DNA of 32,000 bases from an uncultured archaeon (GTDB taxonomy: Archaea > Asgardarchaeota > Thorarchaeia > Thorarchaeales > Thorarchaeaceae). Location: NCBI GenBank assembly GCA_964648855.1, contig CAZYLT010000009.1, forward strand, positions 64,868 through 96,867, in the 5' to 3' direction. Shown here piece after piece: positions 17,958 through 26,729 of this stretch (the stretch's first letter is position 1; every line of letters begins with the position of its first letter). The position numbers and the translations under genes are program-made. The notes under the pieces were generated by a model that searched no databases, was not told where the DNA came from, and worked only from the letters and a program-made list of their open reading frames with translations.

Positions 17958-18689
17958 ATGAAGAATGGGTCGAATGATATTGTCCGATGTGATTTTCAAC
18001 ATGGCAAAATAGCGTATGCTTTCCACTGGAATCAATCACACCATCAAGACTTCGGAAAGAATCTCGGCGATTCAGCAGCCTTGTGGGCGCATTTCACGCA
18101 AATCATGAACGGAAATCTCCCGGAATCATTCTTTCGTGACCCTTTCTATCAGAGAGCCTCTTCCTTGCGGTTGAAGCGTAGACCTGCTCATGTGAAAGTT
18201 CGACTTCGCAAACGCCTTGAAAAAGCAGGTGCACTGGAAATATCTGTTGACGATGATTTAGTGGGGCGTATTCGTGAATTGCATCGAAACAGGGGCGATA
18301 GGTCATATCAATCCGATCATTCCATTGTAAAGGATTTTCTAACAACCGACCACAAATCTGTGGCAATTGAGGTACCTGTTTGGTCTGAACGTCTTCATCT
18401 AACGGGTCATGTTGACTTAGTGCGAATAGTCGATGGCGCGGTTCAGGTATGCGACTATAAGCCCGGGTCTCTGGACTCCACAACAAAACGGTTCATGGAG
18501 TCTCTTCCGCAAGTTGCCGCATACGGTGAAATGATGACACATCGCCTTGCTTCGACATTAAGATCCGCGCTAGATACACCTCTTCTTCCTAAGGTGAAGT
18601 GTTGCATTTTTGACACCCATTCATCTTGGCACTTTGGAGCTGAACTCCTTACAACTCTGCAGGAATCGGACGCGATGGAGCGGCTCTAG
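17958..18689 (+). CDS. PD-(D/E)XK nuclease superfamily protein (RecB/Cas4-like core without the Fe-S cysteines)
   Basis: EVPV...LTGHVDLV...CDYKPG...QVAAYG contains motifs II and III and the QxxxY motif. Confidence 0.82.
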   Translation: MKNGSNDIVRCDFQHGKIAYAFHWNQSHHQDFGKNLGDSAALWAHFTQIMNGNLPESFFRDPFYQRASSLRLKRRPAHVKVRLRKRLEKAGALEISVDDDLVGRIRELHRNRGDRSYQSDHSIVKDFLTTDHKSVAIEVPVWSERLHLTGHVDLVRIVDGAVQVCDYKPGSLDSTTKRFMESLPQVAAYGEMMTHRLASTLRSALDTPLLPKVKCCIFDTHSSWHFGAELLTTLQESDAMERL

Positions 18690-19522
18690 TCTTCCCCATT
18701 TCTCAAGACCCTCATTCTCACCTTCTCTTCAATAGCCACGGGGTTTGATGAGGAAGCTGACATTTTTAGTTGAATGGTTGGTCTCTCTGAAACCAGACCT
18801 TCTCTAACCCGTGAGAAATAGTCTTCAGTCAGGAGACCAAATTGACCTAACGCTGGGTCAACTGGAATCCAACCTTTGTCTTTTAGAAAAACTTCGCACC
18901 ATGCATGAGGCTCCGGTTCAGGATTCCCCCTGAAGAGGTGTCCGATAACTCTCCTAGAGGGGATTTTTACTGCGCGAGTTAGTGATATGAAGAGGTCTGC
19001 ATGTTCGTCGCAATCCCCTTCTCGCTCCAAAGCTGCTCGGGCGGCACCCAGACGGGTGTCAAGATGCGTCTTTAGCTTCATGTGTTCCCTAACTGCTTTC
19101 ATCGCAATCCGGGAATACGCTTCATCGCTTTTACTTTTCTCAGCTATTCTCTGAGACAGTTCCTGAACCGTGCCATCGTCAATTTCCCAATACCTCTGCA
19201 TCTTACAGTATCCTGATTGGATACGTTTTACAATCTCTGTGGGTGTTGCTTGTGGTTCCATCAGCCAATCCCTCGAAATAGTATCAATTCTCAGAATTAC
19301 TGTGGGAGAAAAACTCTCTCCAGGATTCAACTCTGGTACCTTCATGATGGCTACCATATTCTTCTCAGCCTTTTCTGAAACCCTTGCCGGTGGAAACACG
19401 TCAATAGTTTCGACGAATTGGTTATCCATATCTGTGAACATGTGCCAAACAAGTCTTCCATCTCTAATACGAACTGAGTCTCGATTCTCAATGTTCGCTT
19501 GCATCTCAATGAACAATCGCAA
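18686..19522 (-). CDS. Transglutaminase-like cysteine protease domain protein
   Basis: GDCDEHA, HAWCEV and GWIPVDP give the Cys-His-Asp triad. Confidence 0.88.
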   Translation of the reverse strand: MRLFIEMQANIENRDSVRIRDGRLVWHMFTDMDNQFVETIDVFPPARVSEKAEKNMVAIMKVPELNPGESFSPTVILRIDTISRDWLMEPQATPTEIVKRIQSGYCKMQRYWEIDDGTVQELSQRIAEKSKSDEAYSRIAMKAVREHMKLKTHLDTRLGAARAALEREGDCDEHADLFISLTRAVKIPSRRVIGHLFRGNPEPEPHAWCEVFLKDKGWIPVDPALGQFGLLTEDYFSRVREGLVSERPTIQLKMSASSSNPVAIEEKVRMRVLRNGED

Positions 19523-19628
19523 TGACGGGGCCTCAGAATACTAATTGAATGTCTAGCGAATAGATTTATGTGTTATTAGTTAATCATCATCTATTGCCCA
19601 CTCAGGGTGAGATTGTTGGGGTTCTGAG

Positions 19629-21083
19629 ATGCCAGAAGATAACGAAAGAAAGCGGTCAAAAAACGACCAAGACAGAATAGTCGATGACATGCTATCAGAA
19701 CTTGGCGTTGATGATGCAATGCGGCAAGAGCTTGTCGAATCGGGGCGAATGTCCAGTGATGTCGTAAAAGTTGCAACTGCAGAACAGATTCGCAGACAGA
19801 TGGAGATCGAAAAGAGCAGAGAACGACTCAGAGAGAATCTGAATGTTGTCGAACGCGATATGATGAAAATTGAGAATTTTATCGACCGCGTAGAAAGCGA
19901 TTTGGTACCAGTTGTACTGTCTTTCCTGGTGCGATTGAAAGGTGACCTTGTAGGTCTAAAGACTGACATCGTCGGAAGAAGCAAGCGACGCGCTAAAACA
20001 AATCTGCAGGCCAACTTTGTCGAAACCACGGTAAAATCCATTTGCGATGACGAGTTCTCGGATATTGAAGAAACTCTAACTTCAGGAATGTCTGCTCCGA
20101 TTTTGGAGAAGATACGTGATTTAACAGATATATTCAAAGAATCGGTTCGAACTCTTAATGAAGAGTTCTCCGATCTTAAGGCTTCTATTGATGACTTTGG
20201 GCAGAGAGCAGGAACAGAAATCGAGTTCCTCTCAAAAGAAGTGAGCATGAAGCCCAAGGTCGATGTTCCAAAAGAAGTGAAAGAGAGAATCGAAGAACAG
20301 CAGCGTCAATTGCGACGTCTGAGGAACGAAGTCGAATTGCTCAATGATAAGTTAGAAAATCGAGAAGCAGAAATTACTGCTCTTCAAACGAATCTTGCCG
20401 CAACTAAGGCAAGAAATGAGAATCTTGAAAATGCCATCCGGAAGGCGAAGGGGACACCAGCTGCGGATGTAGAAATGGTAGCTAATCTCCGTAAGGGCGT
20501 AAAGGCTCTGGAAACCGAAAAAGAACTACTTGATGATGAAATCGCCCAATTGACAGGAGCCCAGAAGCAGTCAGAGAAGACTATTTCTGATCTCAGGGAT
20601 AAACTTGCAAAATCAGAGCTGAGTGAACAGGAACTCCAAAATCAACTATCATCTGTTCAATCCGAGCTTGAAAAGGCATCTAAGAGATTCTCCGAGATTG
20701 ATGAGCTTCGGTCGATTGTCCGAGATTATGAATCAGGTGACACAATGCGAGAAGCTGAACGATTGAAGTCAGAGTTAGATCGAGAACAGTCGCGAAATCA
20801 ACGCTTGAGCGTGGAGTTGGAAAAGGCAGAAAATGAAGCTAAAACCACAGGTGCTCGTTTGAATGGATATTTGGACCTTATGGCTTCCTCAGAGAAGACC
20901 AAAGCATTCCTGATGGTCGAGGATAATAAAGAAATGGAAATTCGGGAGATTGCCCGTTCGCTTGGAGTTTCACCCGCTATCGTTTCACAGTGGGCTAACG
21001 ATTTTGTCGATATGGGTATAGCCCATATAAGAGACAACACAACATTAGTTCTGGCGGATGAACTGATCCAAGACTCGGAATAG
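19629..21083 (+). CDS. Long coiled-coil protein with a C-terminal winged-helix/HTH domain
   Basis: E/K/L-rich heptads over most of the length, no Walker A/B motif, C-terminal MEIREIARSLGVSPAIVSQWANDFVDMGIAHI. Confidence 0.75.
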   Translation: MPEDNERKRSKNDQDRIVDDMLSELGVDDAMRQELVESGRMSSDVVKVATAEQIRRQMEIEKSRERLRENLNVVERDMMKIENFIDRVESDLVPVVLSFLVRLKGDLVGLKTDIVGRSKRRAKTNLQANFVETTVKSICDDEFSDIEETLTSGMSAPILEKIRDLTDIFKESVRTLNEEFSDLKASIDDFGQRAGTEIEFLSKEVSMKPKVDVPKEVKERIEEQQRQLRRLRNEVELLNDKLENREAEITALQTNLAATKARNENLENAIRKAKGTPAADVEMVANLRKGVKALETEKELLDDEIAQLTGAQKQSEKTISDLRDKLAKSELSEQELQNQLSSVQSELEKASKRFSEIDELRSIVRDYESGDTMREAERLKSELDREQSRNQRLSVELEKAENEAKTTGARLNGYLDLMASSEKTKAFLMVEDNKEMEIREIARSLGVSPAIVSQWANDFVDMGIAHIRDNTTLVLADELIQDSE

Positions 21084-21096
21084 CATGCAGAGCTCC

Positions 21097-21540
21097 TTAT
21101 GTATTCTGGAGTTTGGCTATGAAGTCAAGTGTTTCTACTAGACCATCTAGCTGCAGGACGGATTCATAGAGGTTTTCAATTCTTTCTCTTGAAGGCCCAT
21201 TACCCGATAGATACTCTTTAACAGCTGGTCTAAGGACATCTTCGAAATAGGACGCTCTTAGATTCTGCATGACGTCCAAAAGAGATGTGTTCAGATAATC
21301 TGAATTTAGGTCATATCGAATTCTTTCGACGTATTTCAGGCAATTGTCGCTGCTACCAAAATTCTTCTCACTTTTTTCTATCAATTGCGTCGCCAGTGCT
21401 TTATACGATTGATGTGCCTGATTGGGATTTCTTACAGCCATGAGTTTTGTGTCAGCGCATTTGTCCAAAAATGAACGATTTGTAGAAGTGACGGATTCCA
21501 GCAGTCCACTTACTTTCCGCAGACCATCCGGATTATTCAT
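21097..21540 (-). CDS. Hypothetical all-helical protein
   Basis: 147-aa ORF that fills the gap, with protein-like composition and a GGCGGT RBS-like element. No motif recognised. Confidence 0.6.
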   Translation of the reverse strand: MNNPDGLRKVSGLLESVTSTNRSFLDKCADTKLMAVRNPNQAHQSYKALATQLIEKSEKNFGSSDNCLKYVERIRYDLNSDYLNTSLLDVMQNLRASYFEDVLRPAVKEYLSGNGPSRERIENLYESVLQLDGLVETLDFIAKLQNT

Positions 21541-21672
21541 TGATACCGCCGGAAAATAATTAGAATGGAATGCTTTTAATGATGTCTTTTGTTGTTTTGC
21601 TATCTAGTTCCTCTAGTTTCCACCTATCTGTACCAAAACAGGCATAAGAGCTATCGTGTACTGCATTGAAAG

Positions 21673-22719
21673 ATGAAGGAAGCACAGCTGTATTCGGAAA
21701 TACCTGGCGGAGTAAGATGTGACCTCTGTGCACGAAGATGTGTAATTCATGAAGGTGAAACGGGATTTTGCAGAGTGAGGCATCTAGATGATGGCATTCT
21801 CCGCACTGAAGTATATGGGCTAATTGATGGGATGGCAGCGGATCCCGTGGAGAAGAAGCCCCTATTTCATTTCGCACCTGGGTCTCATACTTTCTCAATC
21901 AGCACATCATCATGCAATTTCAGGTGCAAATTCTGCCTCAACTATCACAGCGCTCATCGAGAACACCCCATTGGTAGAAAGTTTTCACCCAAAGAAATTG
22001 TGAAGATGGCCAAAGACCATGACTGTCAGGGGATAACGTATACCTATACTGAACCGACAATCTTCATGGAAATAGCGCACGATACAGCAAAAATAGCTCA
22101 CAAAGAAGGAATGTACAATACATTTGTGACAAATGGATACCTAACACAGGAGGCTATCGACTACATATCTCCGTATCTAGACGCGGCATCTGTCAATTTC
22201 AAAGGTAGTGGCAACAAGGAATTCTATCAGAACTATATGGAAGTTCCAAAGGTTAAGCCCATTTTTGATGCCATGAACTACATGAAAGAAAAAGGCATCT
22301 TCATTGAGATAACAAATCTGATTATCCCCGAAATTGGCGACTTCAAAGAAGACACAAGAAGACTTGCAGCTTGGACAGCAAAGAATCTTGGTTCCAAGAC
22401 ACCATTTCATCTTACTGCTTTCTCTCCAACGTACAAGATAACCCACCTCCCCCGAACACCCGCTAACATGATAGAATCACACATTGACATTGTCAAAGAC
22501 GAAGGTTTGGAGTATGTCTACTCTGGCAATATTCCCGGCCATAATTATGAAAACACCATATGCCCCGGTTGTGGCTTTAAAGCCGTTGAGCGATATTCCG
22601 TATTTCTAAAAAGCAACAATTTGAACGATGACGGAAGATGTCCGAAATGCGACACAAATCTCGGTATCGCAGGAACAAAATGGATGCAGATTGGCCCTGG
22701 GTCATCTCGATTCTTTTGA
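21673..22719 (+). CDS. amrS: AmmeMemoRadiSam system radical SAM enzyme
   Basis: CDLCARRC...GFCRVR, DPVEKKPLFHF.PG, CNFRCKFC, YTYTEPTI, YVYSGN, CPGC and CPKC motifs. Confidence 0.92.
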   Translation: MKEAQLYSEIPGGVRCDLCARRCVIHEGETGFCRVRHLDDGILRTEVYGLIDGMAADPVEKKPLFHFAPGSHTFSISTSSCNFRCKFCLNYHSAHREHPIGRKFSPKEIVKMAKDHDCQGITYTYTEPTIFMEIAHDTAKIAHKEGMYNTFVTNGYLTQEAIDYISPYLDAASVNFKGSGNKEFYQNYMEVPKVKPIFDAMNYMKEKGIFIEITNLIIPEIGDFKEDTRRLAAWTAKNLGSKTPFHLTAFSPTYKITHLPRTPANMIESHIDIVKDEGLEYVYSGNIPGHNYENTICPGCGFKAVERYSVFLKSNNLNDDGRCPKCDTNLGIAGTKWMQIGPGSSRFF

Positions 22720-22729
22720 GGCTTCATAG

Positions 22730-23617
22730 ATGCATATTCTAGATATGGGTTGGCGTACCGATAATGGAGAATTCCAACCGTATCTATACTTGCAAAATAG
22801 TCATGGCAAACGAGAGGAGCTATCTCTTGAGCCAGGACGAGATATCCGTTGGAGATTCACAGGCCCTCGAAGATGCATTGGGTACTGGGATGATAATCAA
22901 TATCACCCCTGTCCAAATCATGCAGTTCTAAGAAAGAACCAAATTCGCTGCAGAACCTGTTCTACGCTCAGTAAATATTCTCCGTGTATTCAATGTCGAG
23001 GTAATACTTGTCTCGCTAACGAGAAACGAAGAAAGGAATGCATGGAAACTCCCTATGCCGTGTATCTCGCTCTATTTGGAAATGATTTCATCAAAGTGGG
23101 CGTTTCCACTCTCAGTAGGCTCTCACTGCGTTGGGTAGAACAGGGGGCAGATTACGGTGCGATGATTGCTGAAGTTGAAGGGGGACTGGATGCCCGAAAG
23201 ATTGAGAGAGTGGTAGCCAAGAGAGCTGACATTTCTGACTCAATTCACCAAACACGAAAACAGGCGATTATGGCGCGTAGATTGGCAGAAAAGGATGCAA
23301 AAGCTAAGATTCTTGAAGTGATGGACGATATAGGGATTCCTAATCTTGAGCAAAGTCCCGAGATAGTCGACCTATCGCCATACTATGGTTTTGAAACACC
23401 GCCCTCAGATCCACTGAGATGGCCGGAAAACAATGAAATGATACACAATTCAACTTTGGATGGAAAAATTCTCGGAGTGAAAGGAAGTAATATCTTGGTT
23501 GAGAGGGGAGCTATTCTCTTTGTTGCTGACCTGCGTCGAGTGCTAGGATACGATCTTGCTCGCGCACAGTTATCAGCTCAAAGCATCAAGCAATCAGGGT
23601 TGGAGAACTTCCTCTGA
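22730..23617 (+). CDS. DUF2797 domain protein
   Basis: RRCIGYW...CP...CxxC...CxxC, VYLA, IKVGVS, RWVEQGA and GVKG motifs. Confidence 0.82.
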   Translation: MHILDMGWRTDNGEFQPYLYLQNSHGKREELSLEPGRDIRWRFTGPRRCIGYWDDNQYHPCPNHAVLRKNQIRCRTCSTLSKYSPCIQCRGNTCLANEKRRKECMETPYAVYLALFGNDFIKVGVSTLSRLSLRWVEQGADYGAMIAEVEGGLDARKIERVVAKRADISDSIHQTRKQAIMARRLAEKDAKAKILEVMDDIGIPNLEQSPEIVDLSPYYGFETPPSDPLRWPENNEMIHNSTLDGKILGVKGSNILVERGAILFVADLRRVLGYDLARAQLSAQSIKQSGLENFL

Positions 23618-23620
23618 ATA

Positions 23621-23630
23621 TCTTATTATA
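23621..23630 (+). promoter_or_regulatory. Putative TATA box for the first longin-wH gene
   Basis: TCTTATTATA ending about 26 nt before ATG 23656, consistent with a leaderless transcript. Confidence 0.4.
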
Positions 23631-23655
23631 GAAGGCTGCATAGCCAAATAGTACT

Positions 23656-24501
23656 ATGGTTTCGCAGGAAGAAAGCGAGAAGGTGCGGTATATCAGCCTA
23701 GTAAGAAAGGCGGGAGGAGAGCCAATTTTGGGAATACCGTATCGCTCTATGAGTGTTGATCCCGACTTAGTAGCTAGCTTTGTCCTTGCCATTATCATCT
23801 TTGAGAATAGAGACCTCAAGACCTTCACAAAGGAAGGATATGTAGTAGTAATCGAAGAGGGGAAACATGTCGTTGGCTTACTGATTGTGGATAAAGTTGA
23901 AGATGATGAACCATATAGAAGAAACCTGAAGCGGATTATTGCAGAGTTCGAGGAGAAGTATAATGATCTTCTCAATAACTGGAAGGGTGATATACGACCA
24001 TTTAGGGAATATGCATTAGACATATTGAGCATCTACCCGTATTCTGATATTGACTTTGAGTTGGTTCCGCGTCTGTTGAAGCGTAGCAAAGCTACTCCTG
24101 ATCAGAAGGTAAAGATACCATGGAGTGTTGGCAAAACAGATGAGAAAGTCCAAGAAATTCTGGGCTTTATCAACGGAAAGAGGTCAATATTGGAGATAAT
24201 GGAGGCATCAAAATACGACCAAAATGAGATAGGAGCCATCTTCTCAATGCTCTATAGATACAAATGGATATCATTGAGTAGAAAATTGGAATCGGACTCC
24301 AAAATTGTCAAGGTTTCCGATCCACCCCGATTCCTGATAGGAGTCTATGGCAACCAGCTTGAACACATTGTTGAGTTGTGTGACGGAACTCGGAGTCTCT
24401 CAGATATCTGTGATGAGCTTCCCTACAGCATGGAAGTCGTCAAAACCCTCGCGAAAAACCTTATAGATGCAGGAGTCCTAAAAATCAATGGCACAAAGTA
24501 G
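23656..24501 (+). CDS. Longin-domain plus tandem winged-helix protein (NPRL2/NPRL3-like), paralog 1
   Basis: N-terminal longin pattern (YISLV..GG.PI...DPDLVASFVLAI..F...GYVVVIE.G..VVGLLIVD...L..I..EFE.KY...W.GD...F), then VP...W...D...EILGFINGKRSI.EI...LYRYKWI and LCDGTRSLSDIC winged helices. Confidence 0.75.
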   Translation: MVSQEESEKVRYISLVRKAGGEPILGIPYRSMSVDPDLVASFVLAIIIFENRDLKTFTKEGYVVVIEEGKHVVGLLIVDKVEDDEPYRRNLKRIIAEFEEKYNDLLNNWKGDIRPFREYALDILSIYPYSDIDFELVPRLLKRSKATPDQKVKIPWSVGKTDEKVQEILGFINGKRSILEIMEASKYDQNEIGAIFSMLYRYKWISLSRKLESDSKIVKVSDPPRFLIGVYGNQLEHIVELCDGTRSLSDICDELPYSMEVVKTLAKNLIDAGVLKINGTK

Positions 24502-24548
24502 GAAAGGGTCTTATACCCCGTCAGAGTTCTACATTGGAGCTGTATATC

Positions 24549-25412
24549 GTGGCAGATTCAAATACGCTTGCCCAGGAGGGAAATATCGAGATGGGACTTG
24601 ATGTTTCAAAGGTTCGATACATATCATTGATTAGACTAGAGGGTGGTGAATCTATCCTGAATTTGCCCTATGCTTCCATGACAGTGGATCCCGATCTGAT
24701 CGCTGGTTTTGTCACTGCTGTTATCATATTCGCCAAGACCCCCATCCGAACCATTCGAAAAGCAGCCTATGATATCTTGATAGAAGTGGGCGAAACTGTC
24801 CTAGTGTTGCTAGTTGCAGATCCTGTTGCGGATGAAAAACCCTATCGAAAGAAGCTGAAGCAGATATTGGAACTTGTTGAAGAAAAGCATGGTGCGAAAC
24901 TGGAGAAATTCGAAGGAGATGTACGCAGGTTCAGGGAATTTGCCCTCACCATTCTCAAAGAGTTTCCGTACGATAGACCAGATATATCTATGGTACCTTT
25001 CAAGAAAAAGGGAAAGACAATTCCTTTTCGGGTGGGAACAACCGACAAGGCTCTAGAAAAGATTGAGAACTTCATTAATGGCAAGCGTACTGTGTCAGAG
25101 ATTATGGACCTGATTGATCTTTCCGATGATGAAGTTGTTGCACTGCTTTCTGCTTTGGAAAAATATGGGTGGATTGGTTATAAGCGGAGAATGAGTGAAA
25201 CCGACATGCTTGTAACTGCTGATTGTTCGGATACTGCTCTCGAACGAATTCGGTCTCAATACGGGCCACCTGTCGACGATTTGCTTGCAGCATTTGAAAA
25301 CCCAACAAGAATAGACGAGGTTCTTACAGCACTGAAATATGACAAGAATGCACTCTGGTTCCTGTTGAACATGCTGACGGACGCTAATTGCCTTAAGATG
25401 GAATCACACTAA
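24549..25412 (+). CDS. Longin-domain plus tandem winged-helix protein (NPRL2/NPRL3-like), paralog 2
   Basis: Collinear with paralog 1 (KVRYISL, GGE.IL, VDPDL.A.FV.A.IIF, DE.PYR, GD.R.FRE.AL, FINGKR, L..Y.WI). Start uncertain: TTG 24534, GTG 24549 or ATG 24591. A TTATA box lies at 24511. Confidence 0.75.
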   Translation: MADSNTLAQEGNIEMGLDVSKVRYISLIRLEGGESILNLPYASMTVDPDLIAGFVTAVIIFAKTPIRTIRKAAYDILIEVGETVLVLLVADPVADEKPYRKKLKQILELVEEKHGAKLEKFEGDVRRFREFALTILKEFPYDRPDISMVPFKKKGKTIPFRVGTTDKALEKIENFINGKRTVSEIMDLIDLSDDEVVALLSALEKYGWIGYKRRMSETDMLVTADCSDTALERIRSQYGPPVDDLLAAFENPTRIDEVLTALKYDKNALWFLLNMLTDANCLKMESH

Positions 25413-26234
25413 CTAGAGAATGTCATCTTGACCGGGTATTCCTACTACATCGCTTCTACATTGATAACAGTGGTAGAATTGCGGAATGTGTTGTGATGCT
25501 TTTTTCCGAATATCGTTTAGTTGTTTTTTCGTTGGTGGCAAAAGGGACTTGAGACGTCCTGATGGAATCAGAGGTATTACGTTGTGAAGAGTTGCTCCAT
25601 GCTCTGAAATTCGTTTAGCTATTCGAACCATTTCATTCTCGTTTATTTGTGGAATGAGAACCGTATTTACCTTAACAAGAATCCCTGCTGCCGAGGCTTT
25701 CCTTATACCGATGAGTTGTTTGTTGAGAATATAGCTTCCTAGTTTCTTGTCAACTGCTACACGCCCATCCATCTCAATCCATTCGTAGATTCTACTTGCT
25801 GTGAGAGGTTTTGCTGCATGAATGCTTACGGAAATAGTTGAGGGCTCTATCTCCCGCAAAGCAGGCATATTTTCTTCTAACAGTGTCCCATTAGTACTCA
25901 GGCATATTTTGGCATCTTGATGTAGTTGCCTGATTCGATGTAACGTTTCCATTGCGTTCTTGCTTGCCAATGGATCTCCAGGTCCCGAAACTGCAATAAT
26001 GCGTAGATTCTTTCGCCTGCTTAGTTCCAGTTTGAGACGCGTGATAGCTTCTGATGGTTTCATTATCTGTGCTGCTGCCCCAGGGCGACCTGCTCCACAA
26101 CATCCAAAGTTTTGTTCACAGAAAATGCATTTTATGTTGCATCTATCCGCCACTGGAAGATGTATGCGCTGCCATAGATTTCCTCTAGAATTAGACCAAC
26201 AAGGATGATGTTCCACAATGGAAGATGAAGGCAT
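25413..26234 (-). CDS. NifB-like radical SAM protein (SAM domain only)
   Basis: HPC, RIHLPVA, CNIKCIFC, RPG, SGPGDPL, CLSTNG, VKVNTVLIP.IN and CYQCRSDVVG motifs. Confidence 0.85.
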   Translation of the reverse strand: MPSSSIVEHHPCWSNSRGNLWQRIHLPVADRCNIKCIFCEQNFGCCGAGRPGAAAQIMKPSEAITRLKLELSRRKNLRIIAVSGPGDPLASKNAMETLHRIRQLHQDAKICLSTNGTLLEENMPALREIEPSTISVSIHAAKPLTASRIYEWIEMDGRVAVDKKLGSYILNKQLIGIRKASAAGILVKVNTVLIPQINENEMVRIAKRISEHGATLHNVIPLIPSGRLKSLLPPTKKQLNDIRKKASQHIPQFYHCYQCRSDVVGIPGQDDIL

Positions 26235-26244
26235 AATCTAACTC

Positions 26245-26637
26245 TCAAACAAAGTGCTGAAGGAGCCTTCCTGCCTCTCTAGCAGTGATTTTGGCGTCAT
26301 TGAAGACCAGCCCAAGCATGGCGTTTTCCGGAGCTGTAACAGTCAACAGATACTCACCTGTTATGGCTATCGTAAGGGTCAGGCCCATGGTCCCCTGAAT
26401 TATTATGGATTTGAGTTTTCCCTGATTAAGTTCTCTGACTGTCTGTTCTCCAACTGCTTGTATGCTTGCCACCATAGCCGCAACGGAAACCTCTTCGACG
26501 CCTGCATGGAAATGGCTAACAAGGGGGAGCCCTTCCACCGAGAATATTGCTGCACCGAGAATAGGCGACCTGTTGTTCAGACCCCTGAGTAGCTGCTTAA
26601 GTTCCGCAAGTTCATCAGTCGCAGTTTGTGATTCCAA
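26245..26637 (-). CDS. Roadblock/LC7 (MglB/LAMTOR-like) domain protein
   Basis: L..L...SPILGAAIFSVEGLPL...VAAMVASI...GE....EL.QG.L..IIIQG..G.....A...LLTV......LGLVF pattern. Likely TTG start at 26637 behind GAGGGG. Confidence 0.92.
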   Translation of the reverse strand: MESQTATDELAELKQLLRGLNNRSPILGAAIFSVEGLPLVSHFHAGVEEVSVAAMVASIQAVGEQTVRELNQGKLKSIIIQGTMGLTLTIAITGEYLLTVTAPENAMLGLVFNDAKITAREAGRLLQHFV

Positions 26638-26729
26638 GTCAAGCCCCTCACTTAGGCACATGCAGACATGCATATCTGCTTATAATAATAGCTAGAATCA
26701 AAATCAAAGATAAATATACTTCACGAGTA

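Noticed and set aside
17958-18689. CRISPR-associated Cas4
   Set aside because: No Fe-S cysteine pattern, no other cas genes and no repeat-spacer array seen.
19629-21083. SMC/Rad50 call for the long coiled-coil protein
   Set aside because: No Walker A/B, signature motif, hinge or zinc hook, and it is too short.
21673-23617. Complete AmmeMemoRadiSam operon
   Set aside because: Only amrS is present; its neighbour is DUF2797, not an AMMECR1 or Memo homolog.
25413-26234. Evidence for nitrogen fixation
   Set aside because: Only a divergent NifB-like gene is present; there are no structural nif genes in the window.
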